From Lama guanicoe (lineage: Eukaryota), in the NCBI GenBank assembly GCA_013239625.1, contig MU053216.1, positions 2,508,943 through 2,572,942 on the forward strand: 64,000 nucleotides of DNA, in the 5' to 3' direction. Within the stretch, counting starts at the first letter, position 1. Every line of letters starts with the position of its first letter. Made by a program: the position numbers and the translations under genes. Under the pieces are notes generated by a model. That model saw only the letters and a program-made list of their open reading frames with translations, made no database searches and was not told where the DNA came from. Below are positions 51,491 through 62,390 of the stretch, piece after piece.

Positions 51491-52249
51491 GCTAAATGAC
51501 ACTTGTCGGCAGATCTCATTCCTGTTGGACTGAATGCTTTCTATTAGATGAGATGTTTTGTTAACACTGCTTTCTCTACCACCCCTGCATAAAATTTATA
51601 GATAATACAAATTACCCACAGACACAATTAGGAAAAAATTCAGTAGGATGACTTACTGAAGGATAAACAAAAAATAAAAGGAAATTAATTTAAAATAAAC
51701 GAACTCATTTCACATGGACGTGTTTAAGCATATCCTCGTTAGAAGACACGGCGTAGGGAATGCCTGTGCCTGTTTATGATGAGTGTGTTTGGATGCAGGA
51801 GAAGTGATCAAATCAGAAGCCTTTCCAGATAGGAGGTAAAGGAAAGTGAGAGTACCAAGAGGTAGAAATGGGCATGAAATTAAAAACTGGTTTTGGATAA
51901 GTTATAATAAATATGGCTCATTTTGTATGATAAGAAGAAAATCACCCCATTGCAGACAAGCACACTGGCCAGGACAGATTTCAGACCGTTGTGCTGAGAG
52001 CAGTCAGTTGATGTGCTATAAAGGAGCTGTGCGCTTTTTTCTTAGTATCAAAATTATTTCTAAGGTTTTGCATGGTAGGAGGTAGCAAAAAAGTATCTCA
52101 AAATCTCAAATATATTTCCTATCCTCAAATTCCACCACAAATAGAGGCACACAGTTAGTCCCTAGTTCTCTGAAGGACCCAGGACTCCACTCTCAACAGG
52201 CAACAGGGACTTGGATTTGAAAAGCAGCAGAAACGCAAGAGGCAATGTT

Positions 52250-52380
52250 AGCTGTCTTGACTGTGCTGGTGGTTCCATGGGTGTGTACATCTATCAAAAC
52301 TCATCTAATTGTACATCTGAAATACGTGTAGTTTACTGTACAGGAATCATCCCACAATAAGGGTGTTTAAAAACAAAAAG
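52250..52380 (+). mobile_element. Old L1 3' terminus
   Basis: ggtggttccatgggtgtgtacatctatcaaaactcatctaattgtaca...caataag plus A tail. Confidence 0.7.
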
Positions 52381-52642
52381 AGGCAATAGAGAAGTTATGC
52401 ACGACACCTCTGGGGACAGCTTCTCAGCAAAGCTAGAAACACTGAGCAACTAGGAGCAAACACCGCATTTCCACGTGGAATGTTCACTATAGGAGACGCC
52501 TTATCTTGCCAGTGATCTGAAAAATCTAAAACATTTATGAACAAAATCCCTTAAAAAACTGCACTCTTCAATAATACTCCATTCTGAGTCCATTGCAAGG
52601 AGTGCATCTGTCACGTACTTGCATTTGGTCTCATTGATTTTA

Positions 52643-53113
52643 TTTTATTTTGTTTATTTTTACTTTGGGGGGAGATCAGACCATCTCCTGGGTTGACTAT
52701 TATTTTCTTACTGAAGTGCAGTCAGTTTACAATCCTGTGTCAGTTTCAGGTGTGCAGCTTAGTGATTCAGTTGTACGTGTATACGCCTTTTCATATTCCT
52801 TTTCATTCTAGGTGACTACAACATATTGAATAGAGTTCCCTGTGCTCTGCAGTAGGACCTTGTTGTTTATCTATTTAATAGATAGTAGTGTGTTGCAATC
52901 TTGAACTCCCAATTTATCCCTCCCCACCCCCTTTCCCCAGTGGTAACCGTAAGTTTGTTATCGATGTCCGTGAGTCTATCTCTTGTTTTGTAAATAAGTT
53001 CCTTTGTGTCCTTTTTTTTTTTAAGATTCCACATATAAATGATATCATATGACATTTTTCTTCCTCTTTCTGGCTTCCTTCACTTAGTATGAGAGTCTCC
53101 ATTTGCAGCAATG
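52643..53113 (-). mobile_element. 5'-truncated L1 with extra 3' segment and 5' micro-inversion
   Basis: L1 3' end at 52705-53100, homologous to the other copies. TSD ggtctcattg(a/t)tttta at 52627-52642 and 53119-53134. Confidence 0.85.
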
Positions 53114-53599
53114 CAAACGGTCTCATTGTTTTTAAATAACTGCATTTCAGCGTTGAAAGCCATGACCCCCTGACTCTATGGCTGGAAATAAAATAGCACA
53201 TGGAGGAGACAGATGAACAGAGAGAGCAAACTTCATTTCATGATTTTCAGACACTATATTTAGTTAGGTTTTCCCTCTCCCTAATGGCCTTTTCATAAAT
53301 TATTGTTTTTTTTATGTAACTTCTTGTAAAAAATTTCGGGATTATCATGTACTTAATTATGGCCAATTTATCTTTATAAGATATTTAGTTGAGGGGAACA
53401 CTGAAAGGTTACAAGACACGGGAAAATAATTTGTTTGGCGAAACTGTCACCCACACTTCAGGTCGTCTAGGAGTCCCAGCCACTGCCAACCAAATCAGTA
53501 GCCCCTTCCCATCCCTGTGACATCCAAGAAGTGACCCCATAAGCTTTCCAGACTCTAGGACGGCAAAACGGTGCGTGCGGTGAGCCACGGGCTGTGTGT

Positions 53600-53900
53600 T
53601 GACAGCCTTGTGTCTGAGCAGACTGGTCTCCAGCTGCCTACTGAGCAAGTTTCCAGGCATCGCCCTTGAGCTGTCCTGTCCCGCACCCTTGACACGTGAT
53701 CTGCAGAACGTTGTCTTCACTCTGCTTCCAACAGCTATTTTCAATATGTTCAATTCTGTTTCATTCCACTGTCACTGCTCTAGCTCAAGCCTTGGCTGTT
53801 TCTCCTTTTGACCCATGCAGTTGCTTTCTTATTGTTTCCTAGGATCCTTTTGTCTTCATTCTAACACAGCAGCCAGGATGGACTTCACAAAAATAAAAAT
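53600..53900 (+). mobile_element. L2 relic adjacent to L1 insertion
   Basis: cattctaacacagcagccaggatggacttcacaaaa and upstream text resemble the L2 3' region. Confidence 0.55.
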
Positions 53901-53902
53901 AA

Positions 53903-55597
53903 AAGACCTTTTAGAAAGTTTTAGGTTCACAGGGAAATGGACAGGAAGATACAGAGGTTTTCCGTAGGCCCGCTGTCCCCACATGGGCATAACCTCCCCT
54001 GTTTTCAACATCCCTGGCCAGAGTGGTACTTTTGTTACCACCGACGGACCTGCGCAGACGTCTTATAACCCCCCAAAGCCCGTAGTTTACACTAGGGTTC
54101 ACTTTTGGTGTGGTGCGTTCTGTGGACTTGGACAAATGTATAATGACACGTACTCATCATTACAGTGTCATACAGAGTGTGTTCACTGCCCTAAAAGTCC
54201 TCTGTGCACAACTTACTTATTCCTCCCACACCAACTCCTTAACTCGTAGTAGCAACTAATCTTTTTATTGGCTCCATTGTTTTGCCTTTTCCAGAAAGTC
54301 GTACAGTCGGAAACATACAGTGTGTAGTCTTTTCACGTTGCCTTCTTTTATTTAGTAATATGCACTTAGGATTTCCTCCATGTCTTGTCACGGTGTGAGA
54401 GCTCATTGCTCGTCTGCCCTGAACAATATTCCATTGTCTGGAAGGACCACAGTTGATTGATCCATTCACCTACTGAAGGACATCTCGGTCGCTTCCAAGT
54501 TTTGGCAATGATGAATAAAGCTTCCACAAATATCCACGTGCAGGCTGTTTGTGTGGGCGTAAGTTTCCACTTCTTTGTGCAAACGTCAAGGAGTGCCATG
54601 GCTGGATCACACGGTCGAAGTGTGTTTGGTTCTGTAAGCAACCACTGTCTTGCAAAGTGGCTGGACCGTTTTCGCATTCCCACAGGCAGTGGATGAGGAT
54701 GCCCATGGCTTCAGGTCCTCACCAGCGTTTGGCGCTGTGGGTGTTCTGGATTCTGGTCATTCTAACGGGTGCGGTGCGGAGTAGCGTCTGGTTGTTGTTT
54801 GAACCCGCAGCCCGTCAATGACAGGATGCCGAGCCTCTTTTCACACGCTCATTTACCATCTGAATGTAACTTCTTTCATGCGGCATCTGCTCGGGTCCTT
54901 TGCCCGTTTTTTAATTGGGTTGTTTGTTTTCTTGTTGAGTTTTAAGTATTGTTTGTATATTTTGGAAAACAGTGCTGCAACGGGGAGGGGAAAGTCCACA
55001 CTTCTTTTGGGTATGTCTTTTGCAAACATTTTCTCACTCTCTGTGGCTTGACTTCCCATTCTCTTGACACTGTCTTTTGCAGAGTGGAAGTTTTTTTTCA
55101 GTTTTAATAAAGTCCAGCTCATCGGTTATTTCCTTCACAGTTCGTGCCTTTGGTGTTGTATCTGAAAAGGCATCACCGTACCCACAGTCTTCTAGATTTT
55201 TTCGTTATCCTTTAGGAGTTTTATAGTTTTGCATTTTACACTTAGATCTACAACTCTTTTTGAGTTAACTTTTGTGAAGGGTCTGTATTTAGATTCTTTT
55301 TTTTTTTTGGCACGTGGATGTCCAGTTGGTCCAGCATCATTTGCTTAAAGGACTATCTTCACTCCATTGGGCTGCTTTGCTGAGAGCCAGCTGAGCGTAT
55401 TTGTGTGGATCTACGTCTGGGCTCTGTTCCATCGATTACTTGTCTCGTCTTTCACCGTGACCTCCCTGTTTTGATAACTCTGACTTTGAGCCTTTTAGCT
55501 GGGTGGTGTTAGTCCTCCAGGCTTGTGGCCCTTCTTCAGTGTTGTGTTGGATATGCTGGATCTTTTTACTTTTCTATGTAAACTTTAGAAACCAGTG
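53903..55597 (-). mobile_element. L1 (L1MC1-like) 3' about 1.7 kb
   Basis: ORFs CTWIFVEALFIIAKTWKRPRCPSVGEWINQLW (54366-54683) and KLKKNFHSAKDSVKRMGSQATESEKMFA (54853-55122), plus L1MC-like 3' UTR. Confidence 0.9.
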
Positions 55598-57009
55598 TTT
55601 TTAAACGACACTTTCAGCTAGGGTGACAGTGGATCTATGGACGTTGATGCATGTGATAGATGTACTCACAAAATCACTGTGGAATAAGTTTGATTAAGTG
55701 GGATATATTTTCAACATCAAGGTGAAGGATTTCAGAGATGAAACTCTCAATAATTATTAGCCTGTCATCATTACCATCAGTATTACCATTATCAACAGAA
55801 ACAACCTTTTTCACAGAGGTGGAAACTGGTTAAGCAGCTTGACGATACCACGCTGTTCAGCGTGAGGACTCCCATGCAGGCCCCTGAGTGCAGGCCGGTG
55901 TTCCTCCCACTGCTGCGTGCTGTGGACATCGCAGCAGGAAGGGGACTCCAAAGCTGCTTTTCCCTGCTGTTTCATACCTGACGAGACTTTCACGATCCCA
56001 TGTGGAACACGGCAGAAGATGGACTTTGCCTTTAACTTAAATCCAGCTCCTGGGGCGATATTATTTATCCCTATCCTTTCTCAAATCTACAAAATGTCTT
56101 ACTGTCTAGACAAATGAAAGAAGAAAGATGGACTAAATAACATAGTCTAGCTAGAAGATTACTTACATAAACTATTCTAGACACTTGGGGGTTTTCAGTG
56201 GAGTCGGCCTGATGTACTAGAGGAAAGAATCATCAATTTTGGTCCTAGAATTTTTTTAAAGAAATTCACTTGATTGCTCTGAGACTCAAAAAAATAATAC
56301 TGTATGTGAAAATTCTCCAAACACTGCCAAAAAAACTATGCTACATTATAATTATTAATATGTCTTTAATAAATCATAACTTGTAACATTTGGGCAGAAT
56401 AGTCTATGAATAAATATTTGATGAATAAATAAACATAAGTTCCACATTTAATAGCTACTCTAATTGTTCTATATTAAATAAATTAAGTTTATTTTTATTA
56501 ATGTAATAGGAAGCTGTTTTCATTTCACTGACTATATTTTATATATGTTGTTTTAAGCATTTGTAATATGCTCAGAGTCTATATATTGCATTATATTTTA
56601 TAGTAAGTTAATTTCATATCAACAGTATAAGGACAAGGCAGTAGTTTTGATCTAAACATCTTTGGGTTTTTACTAGAGTATCTAGTGTTAATAGGCTTTC
56701 TTCAGCTATATGAAAACACCCACAAATAATTATACATTTCTAGTATGGTCTCTTTATTCCCCACTGAATTTTTTGTTAGAATTAAACCTTGAAATCTAGT
56801 ATAACTGAAAGAAGAAAAGGAAAGCAAATACATTCCAAACCAGCTAAAAAGTTTATTTGAATCATTTGGGGTATTCAATAGCTCACTATTTTTATAGGTT
56901 AAATCATAATAAATATAAGATCCGAAAATCCACAGGGGAAAGAATAAAAGTTAACAATACATTATGAAGTGAAATCTCTGCAAACGAATGCTATGGTTTC
57001 AGCATGAAA

Positions 57010-57480
57010 CAACGCAGCGTGCGAGGCAGCCTTTATAAAGAGAGCCATCTCGGCGCAGGCGGAAGTTGAGCCTTTGTTTGCGGAGGCCACCCGGCCGCCA
57101 GGCGCCCGGACGCTTTCAGCGCCCCCTGCCCGCCGGGGCCGCGGGGTCCCCGGGGCGCGAGCCGCGAGGCCGCGGTGTGGACGTCGCGTGCCTCTGCGCG
57201 TCCCGGGGCCTCCGGAAGGCAAGGGAGAGAGATTTCAGCGGTTCCTCCAACCCTGCGAGAATGCCTCCAGGGGACACGTGTTTCCTTCCACAGAGACAAG
57301 GAGAAAGAATTCAAAGAGAACTGGCTCTGGGGGAGCGCGCGCCGGGGCGGGAGGGGCGCGGCGCCTGTTCTGCGTGGCGGTTCCAGCGCTCACTCCGCGG
57401 CTTGTTCCTCGCCTGGAAAACACCCGTTGCACCTTCATTTTTTCGTGAAGGCAAGACGTACGCAACTCCGGAGAGGGGGC
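57010..57480. promoter_or_regulatory. CpG island / candidate promoter
   Basis: About 470 bp of GC- and CpG-rich sequence next to a very AT-rich tract. Palindromic CTTTATAAAG at 57031-57040, CGGAAG (ETS) at 57060, GGGGCGGG (Sp) at 57344. Confidence 0.55.
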
Positions 57481-58499
57481 GTGTGAGTGTGTGTGAGAGG
57501 TAGGTAGGTGGAGAAATACGTATACTCACACACATACATATATGATTAGTTATGAACACTTGCATGTTATACATCACTTTAAGTCGTTTTCCATAGCTGT
57601 AAACCTACGGAGGACGTCCTTCCAGCAGTCTACGTACGTCTTAATTTCTCTCCTCTTCCCAAAGGCTTGGGACCAATGTTATTTCACTGGGGAGGAGAAG
57701 AGTCAGCTGTCGTCCTCCGCCAGACAGTCTGTGCGTTTCCTTCTTCTCGCCCTTTCCCCTTCTTTGCCTCTTTAAGCCTGGTCGTGACAAGCAAACCTAC
57801 CCGAAACGCTCTCATGACGGTGCAGCCTGGGCAGCTATCCTGAACGTGCGACTTCACCTTGGGGTGGCGCTCACCCCTTGCAAGACTCATCTCTCAAAAG
57901 CCTTCACAGGTCGGTGCCTCCTGGCCAAGGGATGAGCGAGCCTGAGGTGCCCCACCCCAGATCTGACCTCTGAACACTCTCACGCCGCGTTCCGTGTTCC
58001 CTCTCCTCGCTCATCACCCAGCTGGGTGGAGAGGAGTCCACTGAGAGCTTCCAGGCCTCGGGGAGGAGATGGAGAGGAAGCTTGGTGCCTGGAGAGCGTG
58101 TGCAGAGGGCCTGCCACCCCAGGGCCTGCACTGGACTCCGAGAGAAGCAGGCTATTCATCTTTGTTGTCAACTTCAGATGCTTGAGTAGCACAAACATTC
58201 AGAAAGAACAAATGCTTGTCCTGGTCTCTGCCCCACCTCAGGAAAAGAAGATTCTGATAAATGAGAAGTGGAGACTTGTGTTCTGAGTGCAGCCTTCCTC
58301 CCGAGGCCATCCAGGTGTGGGCTGTGAGGGGCACCGGCAGGTGCACAGTTTCTCTTGAGGGCCAACGTCGTCTATGATCAGCAGTAGAGCAGTAATCATT
58401 TCCCAGTTCCAAAAATCAGGACTCTGATTAGAGAACTCAGAATTAGCTAGGTATGTAGAGAGCACACCTGTTCCTTCTGATTTCCTGTTTCATCACTTA

Positions 58500-58850
58500 C
58501 TCAGTTACACTTTCTTTGGTAAGTACTTTTTTGAGTCCTGCTATGTGCTAGGTACTGTGCTTAGTACTGGGGGATGCAATGGGGTAACAAAGCCCCAGCA
58601 CCGAGCGCAGTGTTGTGCACTCAACAAGTAATCTAGTGGTGAGAAACAGACATATTTACAGGAAAGGGACTGAGTGTATTCTGGGAAACAGGGTGTTGCT
58701 CCCTATTCGCCTTGACATAGGAAGGGGACCCAGACACAAGAAATGCAGAAAATGTCCTATAAATAGTGGTCTGAGCAGATGTAAATGCTCTGTCCACCAC
58801 GGAGGTGCCTCCCCAGGTGAGGCATTTCCTGCGATTAAATGACACAGCAG
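58500..58850 (-). mobile_element. L2 3' end relic
   Basis: ttgagtcctgctatgtgctaggtactgtgcttagtactggggg is typical L2 antisense 3' text. Confidence 0.7.
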
Positions 58851-60184
58851 ATGAGCAGATCTAGTACATGGCTGATCTCTGGTTAGTCACTGGAGATGGA
58901 CAGAGGGACGGATGATAGCTGTCTGCATCTGTCTCTGTATCTGCTTATCCCCGTGTACGTATCTCCACACACGTGCACTCACCTATCTGGTGAACGCTGC
59001 ATGAATTCACCTGAACTCTGTTCGTCCTAATCTAAGCTCTTTCATCACCCTGATGTTAACAACACCCTGAACTTGTCCACCCTGCACACTCTGGCTTTGA
59101 AAGCCATATTGACAAAGGGTCCAAACATTGTGAACTTAGTTCGACTCCAGTTTTTAATTTTATCGTCACAAGCTATGTTTTATTACAGATCACACGAGAC
59201 TAGAATTTCCTGGCAGAGTTCCTGTTTTTAGATGATGAGACATAAACCATGTTTTGTTGTATTTAAATGACAACGAGGCAACGATGACCAACCTCTGGGC
59301 AAGGAGAGAGCGCCTCCTAGGCATCGCTCAGCAGCAAGGAAGTGCTCCTCCCCTGTTTTTAACAGGAGAATCTCGATCCCTAAATTTCAGTCTCTGAGGG
59401 AAAACAGGAAATACTTCTTTGTATAAACATTTTACATACTATAACTGCAGAATATTTATAAGGTCTTTGGAGGAGACCGTAGCTAAGAGCTGTATGTGTT
59501 TGGACGTTTTTCTTTGACATAGATGTGTATACATAGGCACGTATGTGGTTGATGTAACTATCATAGGAAAACCACAATGAGAGATTTGAATGTGGATCGA
59601 TACTAAATATAGAATTTAGAATTTATTAATTTGTGTGGGTTTCTTCCGCATTCCCCGAATATTGGAAACATAAAGTACACGCCCTAAGTATAGTATGTGC
59701 TATGTAGTAACTTCGTGCGTATGGATAAAGGTAGCTGTGGCAACAGCAACTTGGGGACATGCGTGCAGAGGCCGTCCTAACTCCGTCACATGGTTTCATC
59801 CGTCCCCGAGCACGCATGCTCGGCGGAGCTGCAGCTACTGTCCCGGAGCATTTCTGTATCTCTGAGCGTGCCTTCAGGGTTTTCAGCTGCAGGAACTTTC
59901 TGATTGCCAAAGGTAGTTTCATCAGGGGTGGAAATTAAAAGTGAGCTTCAGGAACCTTTTAGACCTGAGGAGGCTTTCTGGGAGCAGCTCTGCAGGAAAA
60001 TTAACTGAAACAGAAGGACTATTCACCCGACACTCCGCTGAATAATGAAAGTGTGGTGAGTTCAGTCTCCTCTTACACTTTCCTCATTGCACATTGATTA
60101 CAATGCCATCAACAGTAATGAATGGCTAAACATTGAGTGTTACCCAAGTTACTTCGATCTCTATTTTCCGAAAAGATCAAATGA

Positions 60185-60740
60185 TTGTCCCGGGCGACGC
60201 CGTCTCGGGAGCCCGGGGCCCTCACGTTGCCTGGCCTTGCTGCCCCCGCGATGGCTCAGGCGCGCGCGGCTCTGGAGCGCCGGCCGGCGGGTCGGCGGCC
60301 GGCCAGGCGGCGAGCTGGGGCCGAGCCTGGCTTTCACGTGTTTGTCCAGTGCGTCCGCTCTCACCTCAGCGACGTGCAGCCGTCTCCAGTTCACTGTCAA
60401 GTGTTGAGTTCGGGAAATGCCCCACGAGCTGTAACCTTCTGAAAAGTAGGCTCCAGTCTCTGTGTAATTCATCCTTAGGCATTTTGGCAGTGGAGAAAAT
60501 AATCTTTGTCCAAATCTTGCCTCTCTCTTTTTCTCTGGACCCAGAAAACGAGTCACCACCTCATCCAAACCAGGATGGCCGGCTGTCTGCTGGGTCAGGG
60601 CTGCCCCCTCGGCCGGCGCCCTCCGGGTCTCCGCAGATGACAGGGCTCCGCGTCGCTGCGCCCGCGTGGGCCCCGCAGCCGGCCCGTCAGCTCCACTTTC
60701 TACCGCTGTGAACGCAAGGGCGCCATCCCTGCAGTGAGTG
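60185..60740. promoter_or_regulatory. CpG-rich island-like region
   Basis: Two CpG-dense blocks at 60185-60385 and 60575-60725. No recognisable repeat or protein. Confidence 0.45.
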
Positions 60741-61969
60741 TCTCCACCGCAGACCTTCTTCTAGCTCAGGGCCTCATCCCGTGTCGCCGAAAGTGTGAAG
60801 GGCTTGGAGGTGCCTTGACTGGCAAATGGGAATTGAGTCCAACACGACCATCTCTTCAAAGAAAAGTCATCATACTTTTCTGCTTGCCCCTGTCATTTGA
60901 AAACCGGGACTATTTCAGGCAACCTGCTCATCCAAAAACGGTATCAGCAGCGTGGCCACGGTTCACACAGAGACACATAATTAGATTCAGTCGTGTTTTG
61001 TGTTGGACCTCAAGCCAGTGAGAATCTTATCTGTTCATTTCTTGATAGGGACCTACTTACAGCGTGTTCATCTGTGTATTAGCGGATATAATAGACTCAA
61101 AATCAGTTACTGTGATCTCAAACCACACGGTGCATTTCCTCTCAAAACACATTCATATTTCTTATCTCTGCCAGTAGATGAAGATTCATTCATATCTCAG
61201 TGAGAACTCAGTGATGGTTTATAGTCATTGGAAACCTTAGGAACAAACAGCAGTCCAATTTTAATCTTTTTGAAAATGGTATTTTTTATTAAAAATAGTT
61301 TTTAAAATACTACAAGTTTGTGTAATTGACATAGTAAAATCACATGCGCGCTCGGCACTATTGGAAATGTAACCCCATTCATGAAACAGAATGTAAACTC
61401 CAGCGAAACGTGAAAGGGAGCTTTCGGGCTGTAGGAACATAAAATAAAAAAAAACTCCAGTTTTTAATAAATTTTAGTAATGTCACATGAGCACAAAGAA
61501 ACAAATGTATATGTTTTTAATTATAGTAGCTATTATTTATTTATCTTTTGATTTTACTAGATAACTCGCATAAGTAATCTTTTTAAACTGGCTGACATCC
61601 TTCAAAGTTGGCATTATAACTTCCCTTTCAAAACTGAAAAGACAGGCTTTAGCATAAGTCTTATGCTCATAAACTTCCTTAAATTCGGAGAAATAGTGAG
61701 TTTCTGTGACTAGGGGATGGGTTCTTTCGACTTAAGCATGCTTTACAACATAGTATGAGATCAGTTGACTCAAATAATGAGAATTTAATGGTTTTTTTTT
61801 TTGAACTCTAACTACAGAGAGAAAAAGCTCAAGTCAAGATTTCCTTTGGATGTGAGCAAGGCTTGTTGAACTGCTTGCACTTAGTGTAGTCTATCTGTAA
61901 ATTAATTTTTAAAATTAGGTCACATTAAGTAAAAACTGGGAATTAAAACCCAGGCATAACAAATGCCAT

Positions 61970-62293
61970 CATTTTATTTTATTTTGCTATTTTTACTTTT
62001 TTTTATTGAAGTCTAGTTAACACACAGTATTGTATCAGTTTCAGGTGTGCAACATAGGGATTCAACATTTATACACATTAGGAACTGACCACCACTGTGA
62101 GTCTGGAGCCCGACTGTCCCCATGCAGAGTCACGGAAGCGCTGCTGGCTGTGTTCCCTGTGCTGCGCACTTCACGCCGTGACTCACTTACGTTGTAGCTG
62201 GAGGTCTGGACCTCTTAATCCCCGCCACCTACTCCGCCCAGTCCCCCCCCCCAGCTCCCTCAGGAAGCCACCTGCTTGTTCTCTGTGTCTATG
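61970..62293 (-). mobile_element. L1 3' UTR end (older L1MA-like) with T-rich tail
   Basis: ttttattgaagtctagttaacacacagtattgtatcagtttcaggtgtgcaacatag.... Confidence 0.8.
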
Positions 62294-62319
62294 ACAAATC
62301 TCGTATTTTTAGACCAGTG

Positions 62320-62390
62320 GATGAGTCTGGAGATGATTTAGTTCAACCTCCTGTTTTAGAAATGAGGTCTTCAGGAGTTAGTGACTGTTT
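62320..62390 (-). mobile_element. MIR fragment
   Basis: ggagatgatttagttcaacctcctgttttagaaatgagg. Confidence 0.45.

Noticed and set aside
596..55122. ORFs with RT or L1 ORF2 motifs as functional genes
   Set aside because: They are short, frameshifted, truncated retrotransposon relics. There is no intact ORF1 or ORF2.
60133..60711. Longest ORF (192 aa) and other GC-rich ORFs at 29.7, 38.2 and 57.1 kb
   Set aside because: They overlap on both strands, are rich in Ala/Gly/Pro/Arg, have no recognisable domain and often non-ATG starts. This is expected from stop-codon scarcity in GC-rich DNA.
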